Positions 1-10,230 are shown, counted from the first letter of the stretch. The stretch is 64,000 nucleotides of DNA from Clostridiales bacterium (GCA_021205695.1 JAJPXB010000029.1:5582-69581); one strand, 5' to 3'. Notes: generated by a model from the sequence alone, not told the origin. Numbers and translations: made by a program.

Positions 1-297
1 GCCAGGGCCGTTGCCCGAAAGCCGGAGATCCTGATTTTTGACGACTCCTTCTCGGCGCTGGATTACAAGACGGACAGCGTTCTGCGGCAGAGGCTCAAAA
101 CGGATTTGAAGGGGACGACCTGTCTGATCGTGGCGCAGCGCATCGGGACCATCCGCAATGCGGACAGGATCGTGGTGCTGGACAACGGCACAGTCGCCGG
201 GATCGGCACCCATGAGGAACTGATGAAGAGCTGTCCTGTTTACCAGCAGATCGCCCTGTCGCAGCTCTCGGCAGAAGAGCTTGCGGCGAATGCGTGA
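1..297 (+). CDS. ABC transporter ATP-binding/permease protein, C-terminal fragment (5' end outside window)
   Basis: Frame 1 is open from nt 1 (ARAVARKPEILIFDDSFSALD...). It shows a Walker B-like ILIFDD and the downstream switch region of an ABC ATPase, with the stop at 295-297. The next ABC gene starts 16 nt later. Confidence 0.85.
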   Translation, partial: ARAVARKPEILIFDDSFSALDYKTDSVLRQRLKTDLKGTTCLIVAQRIGTIRNADRIVVLDNGTVAGIGTHEELMKSCPVYQQIALSQLSAEELAANA

Positions 298-312
298 GGA
301 GGTGCGTCTATT

Positions 313-2382
313 ATGGCAGAGACCAATCGAACCAGACCGACTGCACGCGCCAACGCCCCGATGCGGAGAGGCCCAATGGGCCGCGGCCCCATGGGACGGG
401 GCGGCGGCGGCGAAAAAGCGAAGGATATGCGGGGCGCGCTGACGAGCCTGCTCTCCTATTGCAGAAGCCAGACGGGCATCATTCTGCTGGCGCTGGTGCT
501 GGCCGCTGTTGGGGCGGTGTTCACCATCATCGGCCCCAACCAGATCAGCCGGCTGACCGACTATATCTATGACGGGCTGTCCGGCGGGGCTTCGTCGGAG
601 GAGATGGCAGAGGATATCCAGGCCCAGATCATGAGCGGGGAGATCAACATTTACGACTATCTGCCGGAGGGCACAGACCCGGAGGACATCGACCTCTCCA
701 GCCTCGACCTGACCGACACAGAAAACGAGCTGACCCAGGCGATCCTCTCCAACATCACGCTGAGCGAGGAATACCAGGCGGCGCACGCAGACGACGGTAT
801 CGACATGGATGGCGTGCTGAGCGTCGCGCTACTGCTGCTGGGCATTTACCTTGCCAGCGCCATATGCAGCTTTGTCCAGCACTTTATCATGCAGACCGTG
901 ACCCAGCGGACGGCCAAACGGCTGCGCGGGGACATTGACACCAAAATCAACCGGCTGCCGCTGAAATACTTTTCCGGCAACGCCGCAGGCGATGTGCTCT
1001 CCCGCATGACCAACGATGTGGATATGATCGGACAGGCCATGTCCAACAGCCTGTCCAACCTGGTCACAGCGGTCGCGCAGTTTGTGGGCTGCCTGATTAT
1101 GATGTACTACACCAACTGGGTCATGGCGTCCACCACCGTCCTCGCAACGATCATCGGCCTGGTGCTGATGGTGGTCATCATGAGCCGCTCCCAGAAGTAC
1201 TTCACCGCCCGCCAGGAGAGCCTCGGTGTGCTGAACGGCTATATCGAGGAGATGTACAGCGGCCACGATGTGATCCGCATCCTGAATGCGGAGGATGAAG
1301 TGAAGGAGAAGTTCTCCTCCATGAACCAGGCGGTCAAAACGGCAAACTTCCGCTCTCAGTTCCTGTCCGGTCTGATGCAGCCCCTGATGACCTTCATCGG
1401 CAATCTGGGCTATGTGGCGGTCTGCGTGGTGGGCGCCTGGCAGATCATCAACGGCAATATCACCTTTGGCGTGATTACCGCCTTCCTGATTTACACCCGT
1501 CTGTTCGAGTCGCCGCTGCGGCAGATCTCCCAGGCCATGACCCAGGTGCAGTCCTGCGCGGCGGCCTCCGAGCGTGTCTTTGAGTTCCTGGCCGAGGAGG
1601 AGATGGAGGACGAGTCCGCCAAGACGAAGCGCATCGAAAACGTCCACGGCGAGGTGGAGTTCCGCCATGTGAAGTTCTCCTATCCCAACGCCCCGGAAAA
1701 GGAGATCATCCACGATTTCAGCACCAAGGTGCAGCCGGGGCAGAAGGTGGCCATCGTCGGCCCCACCGGCGCAGGCAAGACCACCATGGTCAACCTGTTG
1801 ATGCGTTTCTTTGAGCCCACGGGCGGCAGCATCCTGATCGACGGCGTCCCGACCACCGACATCCCCAGGAGCAACGTACACAGCCAGTTCGGCATGGTCT
1901 TGCAGGACACCTGGCTGTTCGAGGGTACCGTCCGGGAGAACCTGCTTTATAACACGAAGGACGTCACAGAGGAGCAGATGATAGAGGCCTGCAAGGCCTG
2001 CGGCATCCACAACTTTATCCGGGCGCTGCCCAAGGGCTATGACTCCGTCTTGAGCGACAACACCGCCATCTCCGCCGGGCAGAAGCAGCTGATGACCATC
2101 GCCAGAGCCATGATCCAGAACAGCCCCATGCTGATCCTGGATGAAGCCACCTCCAGCGTGGACACCAAGACTGAGATGCTGACCCAGCAGGCCATGGACA
2201 AGCTGACGGATAAGCGCACCAGCTTCGTCATCGCCCACCGGCTGTCCACCATCAAAAACGCCGACATCATCCTGGTCATGCGGGACGGCGACATTGTGGA
2301 GCAGGGCAACCATGAGGAGCTGCTGAAGCAGAACGGCTTCTATGCGGAGCTGTATAACAGCCAGTTCGAGCAGGCGTCCTGA
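313..2382 (+). CDS. ABC transporter ATP-binding/permease protein (fused exporter half-transporter)
   Basis: 689-aa ORF with an N-terminal multi-helix membrane domain. It then shows Walker A GPTGAGKTT, signature SAGQKQ, Walker B LILDEATS and IAHRLST. GC3 is strong. Confidence 0.93.
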   Translation: MAETNRTRPTARANAPMRRGPMGRGPMGRGGGGEKAKDMRGALTSLLSYCRSQTGIILLALVLAAVGAVFTIIGPNQISRLTDYIYDGLSGGASSEEMAEDIQAQIMSGEINIYDYLPEGTDPEDIDLSSLDLTDTENELTQAILSNITLSEEYQAAHADDGIDMDGVLSVALLLLGIYLASAICSFVQHFIMQTVTQRTAKRLRGDIDTKINRLPLKYFSGNAAGDVLSRMTNDVDMIGQAMSNSLSNLVTAVAQFVGCLIMMYYTNWVMASTTVLATIIGLVLMVVIMSRSQKYFTARQESLGVLNGYIEEMYSGHDVIRILNAEDEVKEKFSSMNQAVKTANFRSQFLSGLMQPLMTFIGNLGYVAVCVVGAWQIINGNITFGVITAFLIYTRLFESPLRQISQAMTQVQSCAAASERVFEFLAEEEMEDESAKTKRIENVHGEVEFRHVKFSYPNAPEKEIIHDFSTKVQPGQKVAIVGPTGAGKTTMVNLLMRFFEPTGGSILIDGVPTTDIPRSNVHSQFGMVLQDTWLFEGTVRENLLYNTKDVTEEQMIEACKACGIHNFIRALPKGYDSVLSDNTAISAGQKQLMTIARAMIQNSPMLILDEATSSVDTKTEMLTQQAMDKLTDKRTSFVIAHRLSTIKNADIILVMRDGDIVEQGNHEELLKQNGFYAELYNSQFEQAS

Positions 2383-2438
2383 TCGGAAACGCCGGAGGAA
2401 TACTGTAATCGGCTGATTGCCGTTCAATAGGGAAAATA

Positions 2439-2472
2439 CTACCGGCTCTGGATGCATATTCAGAGCCGGTAG
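2439..2472 (+). terminator. Hairpin downstream of the ABC operon (possible terminator)
   Basis: 12-bp perfect stem CTACCGGCTCTG/CAGAGCCGGTAG with a 10-nt loop, 57 nt after the stop. There is no clean T-run, so its function is uncertain. Confidence 0.35.
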
Positions 2473-2597
2473 TCAGCGGAAGAGCAAAATTGTTATGTAC
2501 ATCCCCTCAAAACGAGAGCGAAAGCGGGGATGTGAGACGGAATGCAAATCGGGCGGTTGCACCGATTGCAGATTGGGGGTAAGGAGGAATGAATGAT

Positions 2598-3923
2598 ATG
2601 GTTTCCATTTTGCTGTCACTCTCCGTCGCAGTCCTGGCAGGACTGCTGATGACCCGGGTTTTTAAGCCCCTGAAATTGCCCTCTGTCACCGCGTACCTGA
2701 TCGCCGGCGTCCTGATCGGCCCCTACTGCCTGGGTCGGCTGGGCATTCCGGGACTCGGTTTTACCACCATGGACAGCGTGGATGAGCTGAGCCTGATCTC
2801 CGACGTGGCCCTGGGCTTTATCGCCTTCTCCATCGGCAACGAGTTTCGCCTGTCACAGCTGAAAAAGACCGGAAAGCAGGCCTTTGTCATCGGCATCGTC
2901 CAGGCGCTGACGGCGGCGCTGTTCGTGGACGTGGCGCTGCTGATCGTCAGCGTGGCGACCGACGGCAGCCTGACCCCGGCCCAGGCCATCACCCTGGGGG
3001 CCATCGCAACCGCCACCGCACCGGCGGCGACGCTGATGGTGGTGCGGCAGTACAAGGCGAAGGGCCCGCTGGTGGATCTGCTGCTGCCCATCGTGGCGCT
3101 GGACGACGCCGTGGGCCTGGTGGTGTTTGCGGTGAGCTTCGGCGCTGCCCGCGCCATGGTGACCGGAGCTGTTGACTTCGTCTCGATCATCATCAACCCG
3201 CTGCTTGAAATCGTCCTTTCCCTGGCGCTGGGGGCCGTGATGGGCTGGCTGCTCACCCAGATCGAAAAGCTGTTCAACTCCAACACGAACCGGCTGAATA
3301 TGTCCATCGCGTTCGTGCTTCTGACCACGGCGCTCTCCATGCTGGAGTTCGATATCGGCCCGGTGACCATCGGCTTCTCTTCTCTGCTGGTGTGCATGAT
3401 GCTGGGAACCGTCTTTTGCAATCTCTGCCCTTTGTCCAGAGAGATCATGGACAAGACGGACAGCTGGACGAACCCCCTCTTTGCAGCCTTCTTTGTCATT
3501 TCGGGGGCGCAGCTGGAGCTGAGCGTGTTCACCGACGTCACCATCGTGCTGATCGGCGTGGTGTACATCATCACCCGCTCCGCGGGGAAATATCTGGGGG
3601 CCTCCCTCTCTGCCCGGGGGACCCACTGCAGCGACGCCATCTGCAAATATCTGGGTATTACGCTGCTGCCCCAGGCGGGGGTGGCCCTGGGAATGTGCGT
3701 GACGGCCCAGCAGCTGGGGGAGCAGGGCGATCTGATCCGGAACATCACCCTCTTTGCCATCCTGATCTACGAGCTTGTTGGCCCGCTGCTGACCAAGGAG
3801 GCGCTGACGAGAGCGGGCGAGATCCAGCCCATGAGCGAAGAGGTGAAAAACCGCCGCACGGCGAATTTGGAGGCTGCAAAGGCGACGCCGTATGAAAGGC
3901 ACAATCATAAGCGCTGGAAGTAA
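2598..3923 (+). CDS. Cation:proton antiporter (CPA2 / Na+/H+ exchanger family)
   Basis: The ORF track starts at 2589, but GGAGG at 2583-2587 fits the in-frame ATG at 2598 better. The protein is polytopic and hydrophobic, with the N-terminal LIAGVLIGPYCLGRLG motif typical of this family. Confidence 0.85.
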   Translation: MVSILLSLSVAVLAGLLMTRVFKPLKLPSVTAYLIAGVLIGPYCLGRLGIPGLGFTTMDSVDELSLISDVALGFIAFSIGNEFRLSQLKKTGKQAFVIGIVQALTAALFVDVALLIVSVATDGSLTPAQAITLGAIATATAPAATLMVVRQYKAKGPLVDLLLPIVALDDAVGLVVFAVSFGAARAMVTGAVDFVSIIINPLLEIVLSLALGAVMGWLLTQIEKLFNSNTNRLNMSIAFVLLTTALSMLEFDIGPVTIGFSSLLVCMMLGTVFCNLCPLSREIMDKTDSWTNPLFAAFFVISGAQLELSVFTDVTIVLIGVVYIITRSAGKYLGASLSARGTHCSDAICKYLGITLLPQAGVALGMCVTAQQLGEQGDLIRNITLFAILIYELVGPLLTKEALTRAGEIQPMSEEVKNRRTANLEAAKATPYERHNHKRWK

Positions 3924-3985
3924 AACAGCCGACGACCCCTTGACGCGGCGCCAGCGGCGCGGAGAGATATGCGATCGGCTGACGC

Positions 3986-5194
3986 TCAGGATTTCTTTTT
4001 CCGCACGAACAGCGGCATCACGGCCTTTGCGCCTTTGAACAGCGGCCCCTCAAATTCCTTTGCCACTGCCTCCAGGTCCTCCCGTATCGGCAGGCCCTGG
4101 GGGCAGTGCTGTTCGCATTTCCCGCATTTCCTGCACAGGCTCGCATAGCCGGGCTTGTCGCTCATCAGGGTCCCCATGTAATATTGGATCATTCCCTGGC
4201 TTTTGCTGATGGAATATCGGGTGTTATAGGCGGTGAAACACGCCGGGATGTCGACTCCCGCCGGGCAGGGCGTACAGTAATGACATCCCGTACAGTGGAC
4301 CTTATAGGACGCCTTGAAAATATCCCGTACATCCCGTATGACCGCCTGGTCAGCCTCGGTCAACATCCCGCGGGCGGCGGTATCTGCGATCCTGACGTTG
4401 TCGTCCAGCTGCGCCTGTTCGTTCATCCCGCTTAAAACCACCGTGACCTCCGGCTGGTTGTACAGCCACTGGAATCCCCACGCCGCCGGAGAGCGCTTCG
4501 GGTCGGCGTCCTTGAAACGCTCCACAGCAGCCTTCGGCAGATGCTTCGCCAGCTTGCCGCCCAGAAGGGGCTCCATAATCATGACTGGAATCCCCTTGGC
4601 CGCAGCCGCCTTCAGTCCGGTGACGCCGGCCTGATAGTTTTCGTCCGAGTAATTGTACTGGATCTGGCAGAAATCCCAGTCATAGGCGTCGAGCAGAGCG
4701 AGGAATTCCTCCTGTGCGCCGTGGAAGGAGAATCCAAAGTTCTGAATCTGCCCGGATTTTTTCTTCTCCTCCGCCCATTCGCGGATTCCCCAGTCGCACA
4801 GCGTGTTCCAGGTCTTCATATCGGTCAGCATATGCAGCAGATAATAGTCGATGTGGTCGGTCTGCAAATGCTCCAGCTGCTTGTCAAAGAATTTGTCCAG
4901 GTCCTCCGCTCTGCGACACATGATCAGCGGCATCTTGGTGGCGAGGTAGACCCGGTCCCGCAGGCCGTGCTTTTTCAAAACGCTGCCCAAAATCTCCTCG
5001 CTGCCGGTATAGACATAGGCTGTGTCAAAGTAGTTGACGCCCTGCTCCACAGCGGAGACGATGAGCTGCTCCACCTTTTTGGCGTCGAACCGGCCGGAGA
5101 AGGAGGTCACGATACTGTCTCCGGCGAAGCGCATACAGCCGAAGCCCAGAACGGAGAGCCTGTCCCCGTTCCTGGGGTTGATATTATACTTCAC
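3986..5194 (-). CDS. Aldo/keto reductase with C-terminal 4Fe-4S ferredoxin-type domain
   Basis: 402 aa. AKR motifs GFGCMRF and YFDTAYVY are present. The C-terminus has the Cys clusters CTGCHYCTPCP and CRKCGKCEQHCP. Confidence 0.88.
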   Translation of the reverse strand: MKYNINPRNGDRLSVLGFGCMRFAGDSIVTSFSGRFDAKKVEQLIVSAVEQGVNYFDTAYVYTGSEEILGSVLKKHGLRDRVYLATKMPLIMCRRAEDLDKFFDKQLEHLQTDHIDYYLLHMLTDMKTWNTLCDWGIREWAEEKKKSGQIQNFGFSFHGAQEEFLALLDAYDWDFCQIQYNYSDENYQAGVTGLKAAAAKGIPVMIMEPLLGGKLAKHLPKAAVERFKDADPKRSPAAWGFQWLYNQPEVTVVLSGMNEQAQLDDNVRIADTAARGMLTEADQAVIRDVRDIFKASYKVHCTGCHYCTPCPAGVDIPACFTAYNTRYSISKSQGMIQYYMGTLMSDKPGYASLCRKCGKCEQHCPQGLPIREDLEAVAKEFEGPLFKGAKAVMPLFVRKKKS

Positions 5195-6011
5195 TGTCGT
5201 CCCCTCCCACGTGGAATTCCGACTGCATCATGTCCTGCAGGGTGACGTTTGGGTTCCGGTAGCGCCGGCGCTTTTCCGGCACGTTGGGGTGGCGGATGGC
5301 CTGATTCGGGCACCACATGATGCAGGCCATGCACTGCTGACAGTCGTGCCCCCAGACGACGCCTTCCTCCGTCAGATGGATGTTCCCGTTTTTGCAGAGC
5401 TTCTCACAGACGCCGCACTTCGTACAGGCGTCCGAGGTATAAAAGCCTCCCTCCACGCTGTCCCGGTCCACGCCCAGCCAGCTGTTGAAGGATCTCGACG
5501 CGCCGGTGAGGAGCCTGCGGTTGATGCCCTTCCGGTTTCTGGTCGGTGCGTCCGATCGGATCTTCTCCGCGATTTTGCCGGTGGCCTTCGCCTCATGCCT
5601 CAGGTAGATCTGATTCACCCAGTCCGGCATGGGGGAGAAGCCCACGATGTGGTTGGGCGGCATGGGGAGCATAAACGTCTGAACCGGGAAGTCCGTCTTT
5701 GGCTGCAAAATGGCCTTCAGGTCGATGCAGACATAGCCGTCGTAGCCGCCGCAGGTGGCGACGATAAAGACCTTTTGCGCCCTTGAAATGCGCAGTCCTT
5801 CACACACTTCCCTCACGATCCGCGGCGGACGGACAAACCAGGTGGCGGTCACGATGCCGACCCTTGCATAGTCCTGCGGGACATCAGGTCTCTCCCGCAG
5901 GGTGTAGACAGACAGAAGGTCGGTATTTCCCAGCTTCCCGCCAATGTGCTTCGCCACAGACAGGCTGTTTCCGGAGCCGGAATAGTAATAGATGACAGTT
6001 TTTTCAGCCAT
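5184..6011 (-). CDS. EFR1-family ferredoxin (flavodoxin-like domain + 2x[4Fe-4S] motifs)
   Basis: 275 aa. The N-terminus has flavodoxin-like YYYSGSGNS. The C-terminus has CTKCGVCEKLC and CQQCMACIMWCP. It overlaps the downstream AKR gene by 11 nt. Confidence 0.8.
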   Translation of the reverse strand: MAEKTVIYYYSGSGNSLSVAKHIGGKLGNTDLLSVYTLRERPDVPQDYARVGIVTATWFVRPPRIVREVCEGLRISRAQKVFIVATCGGYDGYVCIDLKAILQPKTDFPVQTFMLPMPPNHIVGFSPMPDWVNQIYLRHEAKATGKIAEKIRSDAPTRNRKGINRRLLTGASRSFNSWLGVDRDSVEGGFYTSDACTKCGVCEKLCKNGNIHLTEEGVVWGHDCQQCMACIMWCPNQAIRHPNVPEKRRRYRNPNVTLQDMMQSEFHVGGDDSEV

Positions 6012-6106
6012 TTTGCCCCTCCATCTTGCGCCTCTGCTTCAGGCCGATCTGTTCCCCTTCTGTCCCGTATATCTCCTCCCCAGCGAAGGGGCAGGGACGG
6101 AGCCGG

Positions 6107-6811
6107 TCACTTCTTCCAGAAAGAGGGATACTTTTCGTAGTATTTGGCGTCGGCAAAGGCGAACACGCCCTTGTCCTGCTTATATACCCACTTTTTCAGG
6201 GGCGTTTCTGTCAGGACAATGCAGATCAGCATCATGACGACAAACAGGATGATTGCCCAGAGCCAGTCGCTGCCGGTGATGTTCTCCAGGTGCGCCGTGA
6301 TATAGACGCCTGCGGGCAGGAACATCATCCAGGAGGTGGCGAAGCCGGGATGGTAGATGGTCTTTTTCCCGTCCTTCCGCAGCCAGAGGTAGGTGAGAAT
6401 TCCGCCGCCGGTGTGGGCGAGTACCTCGATGAAGCACAGCAGCATCATGCACAGGGCGGTGGCGTTGGACAGGCCGGTGAAAATGCTGAGCACCAGATAG
6501 CACAGGGGAATCCACTGTAAGCCCACGTTGGTGATCATGTCCGTCAGGCGGCTCATGGGGAACCGGTCCAGCTGCTGCTTTTCCCTCTCCTTCGGCCCCA
6601 GCAGGACGTTATAGAAGATGTGGAGACCGCCGGGAAACTTCCACTCCTCCAGCACATGGAAGGGCATGATCATTGCCACAAACACCGCGCCCTGGGCCCC
6701 CAGGGGCATTTCGTCCCAAAAGACGGCGGCCAGAACGCCGGTGACGGCGCCCGTCACGCAAATGAAAATGATCCAGTTGATGTCGCACCATTTATCCAGC
6801 TTCTTTACCAT
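6107..6811 (-). CDS. HXXEE domain-containing membrane protein
   Basis: 234 aa, multi-TM, with motif HVLEEWKFPGG. It is a tandem paralog of the next gene. Confidence 0.8.
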   Translation of the reverse strand: MVKKLDKWCDINWIIFICVTGAVTGVLAAVFWDEMPLGAQGAVFVAMIMPFHVLEEWKFPGGLHIFYNVLLGPKEREKQQLDRFPMSRLTDMITNVGLQWIPLCYLVLSIFTGLSNATALCMMLLCFIEVLAHTGGGILTYLWLRKDGKKTIYHPGFATSWMMFLPAGVYITAHLENITGSDWLWAIILFVVMMLICIVLTETPLKKWVYKQDKGVFAFADAKYYEKYPSFWKK

Positions 6812-6813
6812 GG

Positions 6814-7512
6814 TTATCTGTCCTCCTTTGCAGTCTTTGCGGCCTTTGCCGCCCTGCGCTCCTCCCAGAGCGCCGCGACGTGCTCCTTGTTGTAGCCGTA
6901 CAGCTCCCGCTCCTCAAAGGGATAGGGGGAGTTCCTGTCCTTCATCACCAGGATCGGGACGATAAAGGTCAGGAGCAGTATGAGAATGGAGCCGGGGATA
7001 CCCCACCAGAGCTGCCCCGCCTTTTCCGGCAGATAGGTGCAGACGTACCAGATGTAGTAAATCGCCACCGGCGTCTGCAGAACCGCCGTAGATGCCAGAC
7101 CGGGGTTGTACTTGCTTTTCAGACGCACGTTCATGGCGATGCCGTGCCCCGGAAGCTGCCACACGCCGGCCAGCACCTGACTGGCGCCCATCCAAATCAG
7201 ATCGGGGAAGCAGATGGGGATGATATAGCTCAGGTAGCAGAAGATGACGTTGCTCAAAAAGCTCTGTCTTGCGTTCAGCGGGTAGCGCTCCGGGTGCTCC
7301 GTCTCTCCCAGTCCCGCCATATTGGAGATCAGCGGGAACCCGCCCGGAAAAGCGTATTCCTCAAACTGATGCATCAGCATCCCCATCCAGCTGAACACCA
7401 GGATGACCCGGAGCCTGTCCATGTGGTAGCAGCCCCACAGCCCCATCCCAAAGGCCAGCAGCACAAAGAGGATGCCGCCGATGTAGTACCAGTTTCGTCT
7501 CCAGAATTTCAT
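6814..7512 (-). CDS. HXXEE domain-containing membrane protein
   Basis: 232 aa, multi-TM, with motif HQFEEYAFPGG. There is a 2-nt gap to the downstream paralog. Confidence 0.8.
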   Translation of the reverse strand: MKFWRRNWYYIGGILFVLLAFGMGLWGCYHMDRLRVILVFSWMGMLMHQFEEYAFPGGFPLISNMAGLGETEHPERYPLNARQSFLSNVIFCYLSYIIPICFPDLIWMGASQVLAGVWQLPGHGIAMNVRLKSKYNPGLASTAVLQTPVAIYYIWYVCTYLPEKAGQLWWGIPGSILILLLTFIVPILVMKDRNSPYPFEERELYGYNKEHVAALWEERRAAKAAKTAKEDR

Positions 7513-7560
7513 CTGATAAACCTCCTGATGAGCAAAGCGTTAAAAAGTATTTGCAGCTTT

Positions 7561-7590
7561 ATTATAAAAGACGGGGACAATTGAAGTCAA
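7561..7590 (-). promoter_or_regulatory. Sigma-70-type promoter for the HXXEE gene pair
   Basis: On the minus strand, TTGACT (7590-7585) is followed by an 18-nt spacer and TATAAT (7566-7561). This lies about 50 nt upstream of the ATG at 7512. Confidence 0.5.
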
Positions 7591-7882
7591 CAGACTGTTG
7601 TTTTCAAAATGCCTTGTGGTCAACAACTCTACCATTATTTGCGTTAAAACCGACAATATCCATAAATTTGTTGAGGAAAGGCAGAGAAGAGAGACGGGGG
7701 ACAGGAGAATGCGGACCGGCGGGGCAAGCTGAGATCCGGGCCGCCAGGGCCGCATGATGTCGAACGACGATATGCCCCGTATCCGTCCGTGTTACAAAGT
7801 AGCAGCAGGACGGCAGATATCCTGCCGCCCTGCTGCTTGCAGCGCCTGACTCCCTCGAAAACGGGATCCGGCGATTTTCCGC

Positions 7883-8764
7883 TTATCCGTAATCTGCGTA
7901 ATAGGTGCCCTCCAGACTGGCCTGTCCCTCGCCGTCCCAGCTGAAAGCCACCGCCTCCACCTGTTCCAGCTCGCACAGGGAGTTCACCAGGGCCTGTCGG
8001 CTCAGCTCCTGTGCGGAGAGCACCGCCGCCCAGCTCTCCGTCAGGGTGAGGATACACACATCGCCCATCATTTGGCTGTCCAGATGGGCCTCCAGATCGG
8101 TAAATGCGGGCTCCATCCCGTCTGTGCCGGGGCCTGCGGCCAGCATTTCGATCACCGTATCGATCTGGTCGGTCAGGGACGTGTCGTATAGCTCCGTCTC
8201 CCGGTACTCTGTCCCCAGGCCGGACCAGTCCGACAGGGGGAAATAGAGCTGGAAACCCACGGTCGCCGGGTCCTGGATCTCGCCGGTGAGCAGGACGTCC
8301 TCCCGTGTGAGAGGGACCTGGCTGCCCTCCGGGAGGGGCTGACCGTCCACGGTGATGTCCAGGGCCTCTACTCCGTCCAGCTGGGTCATGGTCAGCACCA
8401 GGCAGGCACTGGTCACCGTCAGGGAGATGCCGGACAGGCCGTTGTACTCCTCACTGAGGTTCAGGGTCAGCACTCCGTCCTCCAGCGTCCAGCTCCACAG
8501 CCGAACGCCGTCGGGCAGCGTCTGGGACAGGCCGTCCTCTCCCGGCTCCTCCTGCATTCGGGCAAACACCTCGTCTACGGTGGATGCCGCCGAACCGCCC
8601 GCCCAGTTCTCTGCGCCCACAGCCGACTGGCCATAGGTCTCCTGATCTCCGGCGGCGTAGTAAATGGAGAGCCCCTCCGCCTCCGTCTCCTCTGCCGCAC
8701 AGCCGGCAAGGAGCGCGGACACTGCCAGCAGAGCCGCCAGCAGGATGCAAAGCCGTCGCTTCAT
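7883..8764 (-). CDS. GerMN domain-containing lipoprotein
   Basis: 293 aa. It has a lipoprotein signal MKRRLCILLAALLAVSALLAGC and GerM-like repeats (LNLSEEYNGLSGISLTV..., VDGQPL). Its ATG overlaps the kinase stop by 4 nt. Confidence 0.6.
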   Translation of the reverse strand: MKRRLCILLAALLAVSALLAGCAAEETEAEGLSIYYAAGDQETYGQSAVGAENWAGGSAASTVDEVFARMQEEPGEDGLSQTLPDGVRLWSWTLEDGVLTLNLSEEYNGLSGISLTVTSACLVLTMTQLDGVEALDITVDGQPLPEGSQVPLTREDVLLTGEIQDPATVGFQLYFPLSDWSGLGTEYRETELYDTSLTDQIDTVIEMLAAGPGTDGMEPAFTDLEAHLDSQMMGDVCILTLTESWAAVLSAQELSRQALVNSLCELEQVEAVAFSWDGEGQASLEGTYYADYG

Positions 8765-10230
8765 GGCGTCCCCTCCTCCGGCTCCGCCGAACCGATTTCC
8801 GGGAAGGTGGCCTGGAACCAGGTGCCGCCTCCCGCCCGGGGGCCGACGCTGAGCCAGCCGCCGTAGAGGTGGACGGTGTCCCGGACGATGGAGAGGCCCA
8901 ATCCGGTGCCTCCCGCCTCCCGGGAGCGGGCCTTGTCCACCCGGTAGAACCGGTCAAAGACCTTCTCCCGCTCCTCCTCCGGGATGCCGATGCCTGTGTC
9001 CTCCACCCGGAGAAACACCCTTCCGTCCTCATGGCCCAGGAGTACCCGGACCAGTCCCTCCGGGCAGTTGTATTTGATGGCGTTTTCCACCAGATTGTAG
9101 ATGACCTGATACAGATCGTCCTCTCCGGCCAGGATGACGCAGCCCGGCTGAAAGTCGGTCTCAAAGGTGATGCCCCGACTCTCCGCCAGGGGGGTGAGCA
9201 TATGGAGCACGTCCTCCGCCGTCTGGTCCAGCGCTACCCGCTGCCGCTTGGGGGCCCGCCCGCTGTCCATCCGGGTCAGGGCCAGCAGATCCTCCGTGAT
9301 GCGATTCAGCCGTCCCGCCTCTGCGCCGATGTCTGCCACGAAGTCCCGCATAGTCTCCGTGTCCATGTCCTCGCTCTGGAGGATGGAGTCGGAGAGGAGC
9401 TGGATGGAGGCCAGGGGCGTTTTCAGCTCATGGGAGGCGTCGGCCACGAACCGCCGCCGCACCTCGTCGGTGGTCTGGAGCCGCTGGGTCAGCTCATTAT
9501 ACTCCTCCGCCAGCTGGGCCAGCTCGTCCTTCCCCTGGATCTCCACCCGGTGGGAGTACTCGCCCTCCCGCAGGATCTGGATGGCGGAGAGCAATCCGCT
9601 GATCCGTCGGGTCATGGTGCGGGCCAGCACCATGCTCACCAGAAGGGCGACGGCGCAGATCACCAGAGACAGTCTGCGGATATTGCTCCCCAGCCCCTGA
9701 AGCAGCACCCCCTGTTGGCTGTCGTACTCATAGAGATAGACCGCCCCGATGGTGCTGTTCCGGTAGACCACCGGGGTGGCGGCCTCGGAGCGGAATGCGC
9801 CGTCCTGATAGGCGGATTGGAACACGTCCTGTCCCTGGAGCGCCAGGACGACCTCCTGGAGCAGAGCGTACCGCCCATAGGCATCCTCCTCGGCCCCCTG
9901 CGCGCTGTCGTACAGCACCAGGCCGGTGCTGTCCGTCACCAGCACCCGGGTCAGGCTGGAGTCCTCGATCATCTCCATCACCCGGGCCACCCCGTCCTCC
10001 GTCAGCGTCTCCAGCCCTGCCAGGTTGGAGGCGATGACCGACGCCTCGCTCTGGAGGGCGGTCTGCTTGGTCTGAAAGACCATCTCCTGGGAGGCGATCA
10101 GAGGATAGGTGTTCACCACCGCCAGAATGGCGGCGATGATGAGGATATAGCTGACGGCGAACTTAAATTGCAGGCTGTGAAACGGAGGCACCCGCCCCCG
10201 GTCCGCAGCTTTCTTCTGTTCCGGCTCCAC
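8761..10230 (-). CDS. Sensor histidine kinase (HAMP-HisKA-HATPase_c)
   Basis: 489 aa. An N-terminal TM helix, extracytoplasmic segment and second TM helix precede the H-box ASHELKTPLASI. The N box ENAIKYN, G1 DTGIGIP and G2 GGTGLGLSIV are all present. Confidence 0.92.
   Translation of the reverse strand: MEPEQKKAADRGRVPPFHSLQFKFAVSYILIIAAILAVVNTYPLIASQEMVFQTKQTALQSEASVIASNLAGLETLTEDGVARVMEMIEDSSLTRVLVTDSTGLVLYDSAQGAEEDAYGRYALLQEVVLALQGQDVFQSAYQDGAFRSEAATPVVYRNSTIGAVYLYEYDSQQGVLLQGLGSNIRRLSLVICAVALLVSMVLARTMTRRISGLLSAIQILREGEYSHRVEIQGKDELAQLAEEYNELTQRLQTTDEVRRRFVADASHELKTPLASIQLLSDSILQSEDMDTETMRDFVADIGAEAGRLNRITEDLLALTRMDSGRAPKRQRVALDQTAEDVLHMLTPLAESRGITFETDFQPGCVILAGEDDLYQVIYNLVENAIKYNCPEGLVRVLLGHEDGRVFLRVEDTGIGIPEEEREKVFDRFYRVDKARSREAGGTGLGLSIVRDTVHLYGGWLSVGPRAGGGTWFQATFPEIGSAEPEEGTP

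Noticed and set aside
829-2457. 542-aa ORF antisense to the ABC transporter gene
   Set aside because: It lies entirely opposite a well-supported CDS. Its composition is Gly/His/Gln/Asp/Leu-rich and repetitive with no motifs, which is the typical stop-codon-poor antisense frame of high-GC DNA.
2476-2597. c-di-AMP (ydaO/kimA-type) riboswitch upstream of the cation:proton antiporter
   Set aside because: Two small hairpins are present (CATCCCC...GGGGATG and GCAAATCGG...CGATTGC). I could not recognise the pseudo-two-fold ydaO core. This needs a covariance-model scan.
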